DNA of 64,000 nt, taken from contig CAVVJT010000007.1 of NCBI GenBank assembly GCA_963748625.1, positions 128,001 through 192,000 of the forward strand, read 5' to 3'. The position numbers and the translations under genes were made by a program. The notes under the pieces are model-generated. The model ran no database searches, was not told the origin of the DNA, and saw nothing but the letters and a program-made list of their open reading frames with translations. Each line of letters starts with the position of its first letter. Within the stretch, counting starts at the first letter, position 1. Below are positions 39,391 through 49,721 of the stretch, one piece after another. Source of the stretch: an uncultured Chloroflexia bacterium (GTDB lineage: Bacteria > Chloroflexota > Limnocylindria > Limnocylindrales > CSP1-4).

Positions 39391-40056
39391 TTGACCCCCG
39401 ACGGAACACCCGCCCAGGAGCGCGATCTCGACCCCGGCTTCGAGCCGGAGGAGGTCCGGTACATCCGCGACGTCGAGACGCTCAAGGCGCTCTCCGACCC
39501 CACCCGGGTGCGGATCCTGGAGGTCATGGTCCAGCGCCGGTCCCCGGCCTGGTCGGTCAAGGAGATCGCGGCAGCCCTCGGCGTGCCGCCGACGCGCCTC
39601 TACCACCACGTGGACCTGCTGTTGGCTCAGGATCTCCTGCGGCCGGTGGAGCGCCGCGTGGTGTCCGGGATCATCGAGACCCGGTACGTCCCGGCCGCCC
39701 GGTCCTTCCAGCTCGACCGCTCGCTGTTCGCGGGCGATGGAGCCGAAGGCCTGGCGGTCCTCCACGAGACGATGGTCGCGGTGTTCGACACCGCGCGCTC
39801 GGAGGTCGAGCGAGCGATCCGAGCCGGTGCCGCCGATCCGGGTGACACCGGCGACGAGAGCCGGCGCCTCCTCGTCTCGCGCGGCCTCACCCACCTCACG
39901 CCCGCCCGTGCCGCTGAGCTTCGTGCCCGCCTGCAAGCCCTCGCCGATGAGTTCGGGGGCGAGCAGGACCCGGTGGATGCGCCCGGCGCCCTGACCTACG
40001 GACTGGTCGTGGCGGTCTATCCCCTCCTCGATCCCCAGGAGTCCCCCGATGACTGA
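39391..40056 (+). CDS. ArsR-like winged-helix transcriptional regulator
   Basis: ETLKALSDPTRVRIL, SVKEIAAALG...RLYHHVDLL, GIIETRY; TTG start after GGAG. Confidence 0.85.
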   Translation: MTPDGTPAQERDLDPGFEPEEVRYIRDVETLKALSDPTRVRILEVMVQRRSPAWSVKEIAAALGVPPTRLYHHVDLLLAQDLLRPVERRVVSGIIETRYVPAARSFQLDRSLFAGDGAEGLAVLHETMVAVFDTARSEVERAIRAGAADPGDTGDESRRLLVSRGLTHLTPARAAELRARLQALADEFGGEQDPVDAPGALTYGLVVAVYPLLDPQESPDD

Positions 40057-41404
40057 CGTCCCCAGCGCGGCCGACACCGCTGCACGCGATCCCGGCGTGC
40101 GCGATCCCGGCGTGCGCGACCTTCTGCGCCTGCCCGACTTCCGGCGCCTGTACCTCGCCCAGGCGATCAGCGACCTCGGCGACGCGATGACCTACATCGC
40201 GCTGTTCCTGCTGGTGTTCGCCCTGACGGGCTCCGCCGGTGCGGTGGCGGTGATGTCGATCCTGGTGGCGCTGCCTCCAGTGGTCGTGGGCCTGTTCGCC
40301 GGCGCCTACGCGGACCGGCACGACCGGCGCCGCATCATGATCGCGTCCGACACGGCACGGGCGCTGGTCGTCGCGATCATGGCGCTCGCCGCCGCTGCCG
40401 GCTCCGTCCCCCTGCTCTTCGTCCTCGCGACCGTCCAGGCGGTGGTTGGCACGTTCTTCGGGCCGGCTCGCATCGCGCTGGTCCCGCGTGCGGTCCCCGA
40501 GGCCGGCCTGCTCGCCGCCAACTCCCTCGGCCAGGCGACGCGCATGGTGATGAGCGTGGTCGGGGCCGGGATCGCCGGCGTCGTCGCGGGCGTGCTCGGG
40601 TTCGCATGGCCCGTGCTGGTGCTCGATGCCGCCACGTTCATGGTCTCTGTGATCCTCGTCCTCCGCGTGACGCCGGCGCTTGGCCTTCCGCAGGCGGCGA
40701 GGGCCGGCGCATCTGCCGCCCGGGAGGGCATCGGCACCGCGGTGATGGAGGGCCTGCGCATCGTGGCCCGCTCACGCACGCTGGTCGCCGCCCTGGGCGG
40801 CGTGGCCGTCACCATGCTGGGCGTCGGTGCGATCAACGTCCTGTTCATCCCATTCCTGGTCCGCGACCTTGGTGCCAGCCCCGCCTGGGCCGGGCCCCTC
40901 GAGGCAGCCCAGACCGTGTCGATGATCCTCGCGGGCTCGATGGTGACGACGCTGGCGGCCCGCCTGCAGCTGCCCCGGCTGTTCACCGGCGGCATCGCGG
41001 GGATGGCCGTGTGCGTGGCGCTGCTGGCCTTCGCGCCCGGCCCATGGGCCCTGCTGCTGATCATGTTCGCGGTCGGCTGGTTCGTGATGCCGGTCCAGGC
41101 TGCAACCATGACGCTGGTCCAGCGGGCGACGACGGACGCCACGCGGGGACGCGTCGGCGGGGCGCTGAACGCGGCCATCCAGGCGGCCTCGATCGGGTCG
41201 ATGGCGCTGGCCGGGATCCTCGCGGACATGGTCGGGATCCGCGCCGTGTTCCTGGGTGGAGCGGCGATTGCGGGCCTGGCGGCCGTCCTTGCCTGGCTCC
41301 TGTTCCGCGGCGCCGACCCGGCAGAGCTCGGGCTGGTCAGACCAGCGGCAAGCGCGGAGGAGGCGAGCCCGGAGGCGGCGAGCCCGGAGGCGGCCGCCGC
41401 CTGA
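40049..41404 (+). CDS. MFS transporter (macrolide efflux/EntS-like)
   Basis: About 12 TM helices, GAYADRHDRRRIMIASD motif A, TRGRVGG. Confidence 0.9.
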   Translation: MTDVPSAADTAARDPGVRDPGVRDLLRLPDFRRLYLAQAISDLGDAMTYIALFLLVFALTGSAGAVAVMSILVALPPVVVGLFAGAYADRHDRRRIMIASDTARALVVAIMALAAAAGSVPLLFVLATVQAVVGTFFGPARIALVPRAVPEAGLLAANSLGQATRMVMSVVGAGIAGVVAGVLGFAWPVLVLDAATFMVSVILVLRVTPALGLPQAARAGASAAREGIGTAVMEGLRIVARSRTLVAALGGVAVTMLGVGAINVLFIPFLVRDLGASPAWAGPLEAAQTVSMILAGSMVTTLAARLQLPRLFTGGIAGMAVCVALLAFAPGPWALLLIMFAVGWFVMPVQAATMTLVQRATTDATRGRVGGALNAAIQAASIGSMALAGILADMVGIRAVFLGGAAIAGLAAVLAWLLFRGADPAELGLVRPAASAEEASPEAASPEAAAA

Positions 41405-41487
41405 GCCCCGCATGGCCCGGATACAGCGAGCCCGCCAGGCAGGTGCCAGGCGGGCTCGTTCGTGTGCGGTGGCCGGGAGCGGCCGTG

Positions 41488-42333
41488 TCAGCCCCCGCGC
41501 CACTCCCCAACTGTGGAGTCGAGGAACCCGATCACCGAGCGGTAGTAGCGGCCGGGGGCGTACGGGTCCATGATCGCCGAGGCGTCCTTGGTCCGGGTCG
41601 AGGTGAACCCGAACTTGCGGTCGCCGGTCTTTGCGGGATCCGTCCAGAACACCCGGGACAGGGTCCAGTCCTTGTTGCCGGTGAACAGCGCCTTGAGCAC
41701 GTAGCCCACCCGCGTGATCCCGCTGGCGTAGACGGCCTTGGCGCCGCCCGCGAGGAACCCGTAGCCGTAGTTGTCCACGCGCTTGATCGCGGTGGACTTG
41801 GTCGGGTTGCCCAGGCCCCACTCGTTGTTGCCCGAGGCGTAGCACAGCCGGTTCAGCACCACGATCGCGCCCGAGGCGACCTGCAGGCGCGCCATGTAGA
41901 ACTCGCCGTAGTACTTGGTGTTGGAGTTGCCGTTGCCGGAGGTCGCGTTGAGCCCCATCCCGTCCTTGGACATCACGGAGTAGGGGGCATGGGAGCTGGG
42001 CCAGCCGTTGCCGTGCCCGAGGTAGACCAGCACGTTGGCACCCACGGCGGCGTCCTTCACGCGGGCCCACGTGGCGTAGGGCGAGTAGACGGTGACGACG
42101 TTCGCGCCGTAGCTTCGAGCCTGGTCGGCGAGCGTACGGGCGCTGTCCTTGTAGTTCTTCGTGGCTGAACCCACCGGGCCCACCACGATGACGACCTTCT
42201 TGCCGGCGGCCTGGGCATGCGGGGCCGAAGCCGTGAGGGCCGTCACGACGATCAGTGCGGCGAAGATGCCGGTCAACAGCGACCGGATCCTCCTGTAGGA
42301 CGCCCTCTGGGCGCCACTATGTGTCTCGGGCAA
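41488..42333 (-). CDS. Secreted protein with possible caspase/CHAT-like His-Cys dyad
   Basis: Signal peptide ending AQA-A; VLVYLGHGNG and VVLNRLCYASG motifs. Confidence 0.6.
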   Translation of the reverse strand: MPETHSGAQRASYRRIRSLLTGIFAALIVVTALTASAPHAQAAGKKVVIVVGPVGSATKNYKDSARTLADQARSYGANVVTVYSPYATWARVKDAAVGANVLVYLGHGNGWPSSHAPYSVMSKDGMGLNATSGNGNSNTKYYGEFYMARLQVASGAIVVLNRLCYASGNNEWGLGNPTKSTAIKRVDNYGYGFLAGGAKAVYASGITRVGYVLKALFTGNKDWTLSRVFWTDPAKTGDRKFGFTSTRTKDASAIMDPYAPGRYYRSVIGFLDSTVGEWRGG

Positions 42334-42648
42334 CAGTCTTGCCTCCCCTCTGCCGGAACGTCACGCATGGGGCGTGGCGACGGTGGGATGTGGTGCCGTC
42401 GACGGCGCAGCGGGTGGGCGCACATGCCTCCGGGAGCTCGACAGGATGCCTGCCGGTGCGACGGCGTGGGTTCAGTTAGGCCTGTCTGCGGTGACGATTG
42501 TCCGACCCGGAGGGTCTGGGGCAGTATGCCAGAGCAGCGCAAGTGCGACGCTTGGGCCAAAGGTCCCGAACTACGTGGGCGCTATCGTGTGCACGAGGCT
42601 CGTCATCCGACGGGACCCGAGGCTAGCCGGGGTGGATGTGTGTCGGTG

Positions 42649-43656
42649 ATGGGAGCGGCGTCAGGCGGGGTCGCCCTCGCCACGGAAGGGCTGGCGAAGC
42701 GGTACGGGCGCCGGATCGCGCTCGACGGCCTGGACCTGCGCGTCCCCACCGGGGTGGTCTACGGGTTCCTGGGCCCCAACGGCGCCGGCAAGACCACCAC
42801 GATGCGGATCCTCACCGGCCTCGTGCGGGCGGACGCGGGACGCGTGGAGCTGCTGGGCCGTCCCTTCGGCCGCGGTGACCGGCGACGGCTCCACGAGGTT
42901 GGCGCGCTGATCGAGGCGCCCTCGTTCTACCCGTTCCTCTCCGGGCGCGAGAACCTGCGCGCGCTTGCCGCCTCGGGCGCCAAGGTGCCGGCCGGCCGGA
43001 TCGAGGAGCTGCTCGGGCTGGTCAACCTCGGCGACCGGGCATCCGACAAGGTGTCCGGCTACTCGCTTGGGATGAAGCAGCGGCTCGGCATCGCGGGTGC
43101 CCTGCTCTCTTCACCCCGCCTGCTGCTCCTCGACGAGCCGGCCAACGGACTCGATCCGGCGGGGATCGCCGGCATGCGCGACACGCTTCGGGCGCTCGCG
43201 GCAGGCGGCACCACGGTGTTCGTGTCCAGCCACATCCTCTCCGAGATCCAGCAGCTCGCCGACGTCGTGGGGATCGTGGCCCGCGGGCGCCTGGTCCGCG
43301 AGGGCGCGGTCGAGGCCCTCCTGCGTGAGGCGGGCACGGTCCGGGTGCGCGTGGGACCCGCGGAGATCCCGATCGCCGGGGCCGCGCTCGAGGCGTTCTC
43401 CGGACCCGGAACCGTGATGCTCGTCACCGGCCCGGAGGCGGGCTGGCTGGAGGTGCGGGTCGATCCGTCGCGATCGGGGGACCTCAACCGGGCGCTCGTG
43501 GCGAGCGGGGTGTTCGCCACGCGGATCGAGGTGGGCACGACGCTCGAGGCGCTGTTCCTGGAGGTCACGGGATCCAGTCCCGACGTCGGGGCGGCGGTGG
43601 GCGCAGGGCCTGCGCCGGGCAGTGGGCCGGGCGGCGTCCCCGGGTGGCCGGCATGA
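42649..43656 (+). CDS. ABC transporter ATP-binding protein (BcrA-like)
   Basis: GPNGAGKTT, YSLGMKQR, LLLDEP, SSH. Confidence 0.93.
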   Translation: MGAASGGVALATEGLAKRYGRRIALDGLDLRVPTGVVYGFLGPNGAGKTTTMRILTGLVRADAGRVELLGRPFGRGDRRRLHEVGALIEAPSFYPFLSGRENLRALAASGAKVPAGRIEELLGLVNLGDRASDKVSGYSLGMKQRLGIAGALLSSPRLLLLDEPANGLDPAGIAGMRDTLRALAAGGTTVFVSSHILSEIQQLADVVGIVARGRLVREGAVEALLREAGTVRVRVGPAEIPIAGAALEAFSGPGTVMLVTGPEAGWLEVRVDPSRSGDLNRALVASGVFATRIEVGTTLEALFLEVTGSSPDVGAAVGAGPAPGSGPGGVPGWPA

Positions 43657-44465
43657 GGCAGTTCCGGTCCAGCCTGCGCAAGCTGCGCCGGCGGCCCGCG
43701 TCGTGGGTGACGTTCCTGCTGCTGGTCGGCATGCTCCTGCTGCTCATCTTCTTCATCGTGGTGGCGACGCAGCAGGTCGTCGATCCAACAAGCTCGCTGG
43801 GCGCGCGCCAGTTCCTCACGTTCCCAGCGGCATACGAGCTCACGCTGCAGCTGGTGCTCGGCCTGGGCGGGCTGCTCGCGGTCACATATGGGGCGGCCAT
43901 CGCCGGCTCCGAGTGGACATGGGGGACGCTGAAGGCCGCCGTCGCGCGGGGCGAGAGCCGGACCCGCTATACGCTGGCCGGATACGCGGGCGTGGCGGTC
44001 TACACCTGGATCGGCACGGTCGGGGCGTTTGTCGCCGGTGTCGCCGCGATCGCCCTCGGCGCGCTCGTGGTCAATGCCCCGCTGAGCGGGATGGGCGATC
44101 TCGAGGCGCTGGCGCGCATGCCCGAGCTGTTCGCCCGCGCGTTCCTGGGCCTGGCGATGAACGCGGCCATCGGCTTCGCGATCGCCACCGTGGCCCGCAG
44201 CCAGCTCGCGGGCATCGGCGTGGGCATCGGCCTGTTCTTCCTGGAGGGTGTCGCGAGCGTGTTCCTGCCCGAGGTCCTTCGCTGGTTCCCGTTCTCGGCA
44301 TCGGGGGCGGTCGCCGGTGGCACGTTCGGCCAGGGGGCGGCGATCGAGAGCGGCCTGGGCGCGCAGCTCAGCCCGGACGTCGCGATCCCGGTGGTCATCG
44401 CCTGGCTCGCGGGCTCGCTCGCGGTGGCGTGCGTGTTCACGGAGCGGGCGGAGATCTCCGGGTAG
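43653..44465 (+). CDS. ABC-2 type permease
   Basis: About 6 TM helices, GSEWTWGTLK motif; coupled to the ATPase. Confidence 0.88.
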   Translation: MRQFRSSLRKLRRRPASWVTFLLLVGMLLLLIFFIVVATQQVVDPTSSLGARQFLTFPAAYELTLQLVLGLGGLLAVTYGAAIAGSEWTWGTLKAAVARGESRTRYTLAGYAGVAVYTWIGTVGAFVAGVAAIALGALVVNAPLSGMGDLEALARMPELFARAFLGLAMNAAIGFAIATVARSQLAGIGVGIGLFFLEGVASVFLPEVLRWFPFSASGAVAGGTFGQGAAIESGLGAQLSPDVAIPVVIAWLAGSLAVACVFTERAEISG

Positions 44466-44692
44466 GCGCTCGCGGGAGCGTCGCCGTGGCCCGCGCACAG
44501 CTCGACGAGTGCGTCAGGGTCAACGAAACGGCGCACCCGTCGCTCGAGGACGGCCGCAACTGGTCGGTTTGCGGGCGTCCGTTGCCTGGCAGTCCTCGGA
44601 TGCCCGCCTTCGGTGGCGTTCCGTACGCTGCTGCGGGGATTCGTCGCCTGCCACGCGCCAGCGGGCCGAGGCTTGACTGGCCCCGCAGACGC

Positions 44693-45193
44693 TCAGCCCC
44701 GGCGGGCGACCGGCGCGAACGATCCCCTCGCGACCGCGACCATGTCTGCGGCTGCCAGCTCGATCTCCAGGCCGCGCCGGCCCGCTGACACGTGGATCGT
44801 CGGATAGCCGAGCGCGGAGGTATCCACGACAACCGGCAGCGGGCGTCTCGTCCCCAGGGGTGAGATCCCGCCCAGCACGTAACCCGTGGCCTTCTCGGCC
44901 TCGGCGGCCTGGGCGATCACCGCCCTGCGAGCCCCCAGCGCACCGGCAGCGGCCTTGAGGTCCACCTCCGCATCGGCCGGGACCACGCACAGGCCCAGGC
45001 GCCCGTCGGCGCTCACTACGATCGTCTTGAAGACCCGCCCGGCCTCGATCCCGAGGGCGTCGACCGCCTCGAGCGCATAGCCGCGGCCACCCTTGTCGAG
45101 CGATGCCCGGGCGTCGTGTGCATATTCATGCACCGTATACGCAATGCCGGCATGCCGCGCCGCATCGACCGCGCGCGTCCCCTGTGCGCTCAT
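44693..45193 (-). CDS. ybaK: Cys-tRNA(Pro) deacylase YbaK
   Basis: VFKTIV, DLKAAA, AEKATGYVLGGISPLG, SAGRRGLEIEL. Confidence 0.9.
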   Translation of the reverse strand: MSAQGTRAVDAARHAGIAYTVHEYAHDARASLDKGGRGYALEAVDALGIEAGRVFKTIVVSADGRLGLCVVPADAEVDLKAAAGALGARRAVIAQAAEAEKATGYVLGGISPLGTRRPLPVVVDTSALGYPTIHVSAGRRGLEIELAAADMVAVARGSFAPVARRG

Positions 45194-45322
45194 GGTCCCA
45201 TTGTCGGGTATGCTCCGGCGGTCCGGCGTCGCCGCGGCCCTCGGGTTGACCGAGGGCGCCACATCGGACGATCACATCAGCGGCCGCCGCCCAGCGGCCA
45301 GGACCGGAGACCACGACCCACC

Positions 45323-46579
45323 TTGCGATTCGAAGAGCTAGGGCTCTCTGCCGACCTCCTGAGCACCGTCGTCGAAGAAGGCTACGAAGAGCCAACGCCC
45401 GTCCAGGAACGGGCAATCCCACTGGTGCTCCAGGGCAAGGATGTCCTTGCCGCCGCCCAGACGGGTACCGGCAAGACCGCCGCGTTCACCCTCCCCATCC
45501 TCGACCGTCTTCGGCCGTACGCGAACACCTCGTTCTCACCTGCACGGCACCCCGTGCGCTGCCTCGTGCTGACGCCAACCCGGGAGCTGGCGGTCCAGGT
45601 CTCCGAGGCCATCCAGGTCTACGGCCGGAAGGTTCCGCTCCGCGCCTCCGTGGTGTACGGCGGGGTGCCCCTCGATCCGCAGATCAAGGAGCTGCGCGAC
45701 GGCGTCGAGATCCTGGTCGCCACGCCGGGGCGGCTCCTTGATCTCGTGGGCCAGCGCGCCGCGAACCTGACCCAGGTGGAGATCCTCGTCCTGGACGAGG
45801 CGGACCGGATGCTGGACATGGGGTTCATGCCCGACATCCGCCGGATCCTGGACCTGCTGCCCAACCGCAAGCAGACGCTGCTGTTCTCGGCCACGTTCTC
45901 CGACGACATCAAGCGACTTGCGGGCTCCATCCTCAAGGACCCTGAGACCATCGAGGTCTCGCGGCATGGGACCGCCGCTGAAACCGTCCGCCAGCTCGTC
46001 TACCCGGTGGACCGGGACCGCAAGGAGGAGCTGCTGGCTCACCTCATCCTCGAGGGCGACTGGCACCAGGTCCTGGTCTTCACGCGCACCAAGATCGCGG
46101 CGTCCCGCCTGGCGTCCTGGCTGGACCGTCATGGCGTGGCCGCCACGGCCATCCATTCCGACCGCGCCCAGTCCGACCGCACCAAGGCCCTCGACGGGTT
46201 CAAGGCAGGCGAGATCCGGGTGCTGGTCGCGACGGACGTCGCGGCTCGCGGCCTGGACATCGACGCCCTGCCGCACGTCGTCAACTTCGAGCTCCCGTGG
46301 AACCCCGAGGACTACGTGCACCGGATCGGGCGCACCGGTCGCGCCGGCGCGACGGGCGATGCCATCAGTCTCGTCTGCATCGACGAGGCCGATCTGCTCC
46401 GCGGCGTGCAGCGTCTCCTCCAGCGGGCGATCCCGTGGGAGGTCGCGGACGGGTTCACCCCACGTCGGGAGGATGCCCAGCCGCTAAGGGCGCCGCGTGG
46501 CGCAGGCGGCTCAGGAGGCGGATCACGCGGCGGCTCACGCGGCGGATCCAGCGGTGGGCGGGGTCGCAGCCGGGGCTGA
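45323..46579 (+). CDS. DEAD-box RNA helicase, RhlE-like
   Basis: [35 protein letters not shown]; TTG start after GGAGA. Confidence 0.93.
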   Translation: MRFEELGLSADLLSTVVEEGYEEPTPVQERAIPLVLQGKDVLAAAQTGTGKTAAFTLPILDRLRPYANTSFSPARHPVRCLVLTPTRELAVQVSEAIQVYGRKVPLRASVVYGGVPLDPQIKELRDGVEILVATPGRLLDLVGQRAANLTQVEILVLDEADRMLDMGFMPDIRRILDLLPNRKQTLLFSATFSDDIKRLAGSILKDPETIEVSRHGTAAETVRQLVYPVDRDRKEELLAHLILEGDWHQVLVFTRTKIAASRLASWLDRHGVAATAIHSDRAQSDRTKALDGFKAGEIRVLVATDVAARGLDIDALPHVVNFELPWNPEDYVHRIGRTGRAGATGDAISLVCIDEADLLRGVQRLLQRAIPWEVADGFTPRREDAQPLRAPRGAGGSGGGSRGGSRGGSSGGRGRSRG

Positions 46580-46649
46580 TCCCCGGGCAGCGGATGCGAC
46601 GGGCTCGCGGACGCGACGGGCTCGCAGACGCTGACGAGTTCTGGGAAGC

Positions 46650-48104
46650 CTACGGGTTCGCGGACGCGGACGGATCCGCCGACGGCTCCGCCTTGGGCAG
46701 CACGATCTTGAGCAGCGCCCGCTCGAACCGCCCCGGATCCCACACGCCCTGGTTGGTGAGGACCGCGATCGCGATCCCGTCGTCGGGCAGGTAGCGGACC
46801 TCGTTGCGGAACCCCAGGAACCGGCCGGAATGCCCGAGCGCCCTGTGGCCGAGAACCGGGACCGCCTGGATGCCGAGGCCGTACGGGATGCGGGCGCCCA
46901 GCTTGCGGGTGACCGCGACATCGGCCAGCTGCGCCCGGCGGGTGGCCGCCGAGAGGACATCGCCGCCCGCGTACGCCTGCATCCACCGGGCCGCGTCCAG
47001 GGCCGTCGCGGCGATCGACCCCGCTCCGTCGGCTGCGGTCACCACCGAGCGGAAGGGCATGACGTCCGATGGCGGGGCCACGGCCACGAACCGCACGCCG
47101 CCGCCCGCCCTGGGCACGATGCGATACCCGACGGCACCCTCCACGCGAGGCTCCTCGGCCGCCTGGTACCACGAGGTCTCGAGACCGAGCGGGTCGAGCA
47201 GGCGCTTGCGGACCTCCTTGGCCAGGGGCCTTCCGGTGACCTTCTCCACCAGCTCGCCGAGCAGGAGGTAGTTGGCGTTGGAGTACATCCACAGGTTGCC
47301 CGGATCGGGGTGCCGCTTCCTGACGTACTTCCAGGTCTGCTCCGCGGTCCAGGTCGCATCGGGCGTCGCCTGGAGGGGCCTGTCGATCCTCGCGTTGAGG
47401 AAGTAGTCCGGCAGGCCACTCGTGTGATCGAGCAGCTGGCCGACGGTCATGCGCGGGTGCAGGTTGTAGGCGGGCAGCAGCGAGGCGACATTGGTGTCGA
47501 GCGAGAGCTTCCCCTCCTCCACCAGCTGCAGGACGACGGCCGCTGTGAACGTCTTCGACACCGACGCGAGCGCGAACGCGGTGCCCGTGGTCATCGGCTC
47601 CTTCGCCTGGACGTCGGCCCAGCCCGAGGCGCCCAGCCACTGGCGCCCGTCGTCCCACACGATCGCGACCGAGACACCCGGAATGCCCATCTGCTTGCGC
47701 AGCGCGTCGAGCTTGCGCTGGAGCCGCGCGGCCGGGATGCCGTCGGGGTCCTCGGGGGCCTCGGGCGTGGCAGTTGCCCCCGGCGTGGGGCTGGCTGCCG
47801 GCGCGGTGGCCGGAGCGGAGGGCGAGGGCGTCACCGGCTCGACCGGCTCGCCGGTGCCCGCGGGCTCCACCGACGCGACCGGACCAGCCAACGCCGTCGG
47901 GCTCGGGCCGCCGAGCTGGGTGGAGGCGACCGGACTCGCGGCTGCGGCGATGTCGGCCGGGGCGGCGGGACGACCGAGGATGCTGCCCAGGAGGACGGCG
48001 ACCACGGCCAGCACCACCGCGCCCCCCAGGAGCCACGGCGTCAGGCCACGGGACGAGCCCGCCTGTTGGGAGCCGGGCACGCGCCCGGCCGGATTGTTCG
48101 GCAT
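46650..48104 (-). CDS. Serine hydrolase (beta-lactamase/AmpC-like family), membrane-anchored
   Basis: ASVSK (SxxK), LLDHTSG, YSNANY, GHSG; N-terminal TM and Pro-rich linker. Confidence 0.88.
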   Translation of the reverse strand: MPNNPAGRVPGSQQAGSSRGLTPWLLGGAVVLAVVAVLLGSILGRPAAPADIAAAASPVASTQLGGPSPTALAGPVASVEPAGTGEPVEPVTPSPSAPATAPAASPTPGATATPEAPEDPDGIPAARLQRKLDALRKQMGIPGVSVAIVWDDGRQWLGASGWADVQAKEPMTTGTAFALASVSKTFTAAVVLQLVEEGKLSLDTNVASLLPAYNLHPRMTVGQLLDHTSGLPDYFLNARIDRPLQATPDATWTAEQTWKYVRKRHPDPGNLWMYSNANYLLLGELVEKVTGRPLAKEVRKRLLDPLGLETSWYQAAEEPRVEGAVGYRIVPRAGGGVRFVAVAPPSDVMPFRSVVTAADGAGSIAATALDAARWMQAYAGGDVLSAATRRAQLADVAVTRKLGARIPYGLGIQAVPVLGHRALGHSGRFLGFRNEVRYLPDDGIAIAVLTNQGVWDPGRFERALLKIVLPKAEPSADPSASANP

Positions 48105-48200
48105 GATGGTGAGACGATACGATGGGTTCGCCGAACCGTCCCCCAGCAGCCGATCCCGGGGCTCCACCGGCCACCGTCCACCACCGGAGACCGTTGCCCC

Positions 48201-49430
48201 ATGGCCATCGATCGAAGCGCTTCCGCCCTCCTGCGAGAGGTCGGTCTCATGGCCGACGGCCCGGCCGAGTGGGGCCGGCCCATCCGGTACGACGGGCCGG
48301 GCGTGTTCATCGTGGAGCTCGCGGCTCCCGTGGCCTCCCCGGCGATGGATCTTGCGCCCGTCGGCAAGTGGCTCGAGCGGGTCCCCGAGCTGCGCCTCGA
48401 CGGCATCCGCCCGACCTCGCGCGATCTCGCCGAGCGCCTGCGCTCGTTCTGGCTGCCGTCCCAGCCGGTCCTCCTGATCAGCTCGACCGAGCGCAGCGTC
48501 GGCGGCCGCCTGGCCGCGATCTCCAAGACCGTGCCGGGCGACCGAAGGCCCGCGTGGACCGGGTTCTGGCTGCACTTCCTGCGCAACGCGGCCGAGCTGC
48601 GGATCTGGTGGGCCACGACCCCCGATGCAGATTCCACCATGCTTGCCGAGCTGGAGCTGCTGGAGGCGTTCGCGAAGGGCGTGCCGGCCGAGGAGGCCGC
48701 CGGGCTCCGCGCAGGCTCCGCGGTGCTGCCGTGGGGCGTGCTGCAGACCAAGGATGCGGGGCGCAAGCTGACCGGGATCTCGAACCCGCTCCTGCCAGAG
48801 GTCGAGGCGCCGAAGGCCAAGCCCGTGTCGCGGATCGTGGAGCTGCCTACCGGCGAGGCGGACGGCGCGCAGGACGAGGCGAAGCGCGGACGACGTCCGG
48901 CCCCGGGCCGTGGGACCGGCAGGATCGCGTCGGCCGCGGCCTACGCCGCCCAGGGATCGCCGCGCAAGGCGCGCCCGGCCCCGGTGCTGCTCTCGCCCGA
49001 AGGCCACGAACGCTTGCTCGCCGAGATGGCTGAGCTGGTCGCGCAGCGCCCCGATGTCATCAAGCGGATTGCGACGGCGCGCGAGCACGGCGATCTCAAG
49101 GAGAACGCGGAGTACCACGCGGCGCGCGAGGAACAGGGGTTCCTGGAGGGCCGCATCAAGACGCTCGATGCCAAGCTCAAGGTGGCCCAGGTGGTCGCGC
49201 CGACGGTGCGCGGCCAGCACGTGGAGCTGGGATCCAAGGTCCGCGTTGAGGTGGATGGGGACGAGAGCACGCTCCAGGTGGTCAACGGCGCCGAGGCGAA
49301 CTCCCGCGACGGCCGGATCTCGAACGTGTCGCCGGTGGGCGCCGCCCTCATGGGGCGCCAGGTTGGCGACGTGGTGATCATCGTCACGCCGGGCGGCGAG
49401 ATCCGCTACGAGATCCTCGAGATCAGCTAG
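48201..49430 (+). CDS. greA: GreA transcription elongation factor with about 250-aa N-terminal extension
   Basis: C-terminal AREHGDLKENAEYHAAREEQ and ISNVSPVGAALMG; N-terminal domain in frame with no stop. Confidence 0.85.
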   Translation: MAIDRSASALLREVGLMADGPAEWGRPIRYDGPGVFIVELAAPVASPAMDLAPVGKWLERVPELRLDGIRPTSRDLAERLRSFWLPSQPVLLISSTERSVGGRLAAISKTVPGDRRPAWTGFWLHFLRNAAELRIWWATTPDADSTMLAELELLEAFAKGVPAEEAAGLRAGSAVLPWGVLQTKDAGRKLTGISNPLLPEVEAPKAKPVSRIVELPTGEADGAQDEAKRGRRPAPGRGTGRIASAAAYAAQGSPRKARPAPVLLSPEGHERLLAEMAELVAQRPDVIKRIATAREHGDLKENAEYHAAREEQGFLEGRIKTLDAKLKVAQVVAPTVRGQHVELGSKVRVEVDGDESTLQVVNGAEANSRDGRISNVSPVGAALMGRQVGDVVIIVTPGGEIRYEILEIS

Positions 49431-49721
49431 TCACCCGGCGCCCGGCGGATGCCGGGGGCCGGCGGGTGCCGGCACGCCTGGTGGCACGCCCGGTGGCGCC
49501 ACGGCGCCCCAGCCCCTCGCCGGCGCCCCAGGCAGGGGGGATCGGGGGCCTCCACCCTGGGCTCAACCCCCCGTTTGCCGATCCGGGGGTTGATCCACGA
49601 GGGCCGCAGCGCGTTTCGCCCCATGTGCGGTTGGGGGGGTTCACCCCGACGGGGCAGCCGCGGACAGCGCAGGGACGTCTGGCGCGCCGTCCTCGTCCAG
49701 CAGCCCGCGAGCGAAGTGCGC

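Noticed and set aside
42340-42640. Cyclic dinucleotide riboswitch upstream of the secreted protein
   Set aside because: GGCCTAA is present, but the other c-di-GMP-I or ydaO elements are not
46650-48104. Bona fide beta-lactam resistance gene
   Set aside because: Motifs fit the broad serine hydrolase/carboxypeptidase family; specificity cannot be read from the sequence
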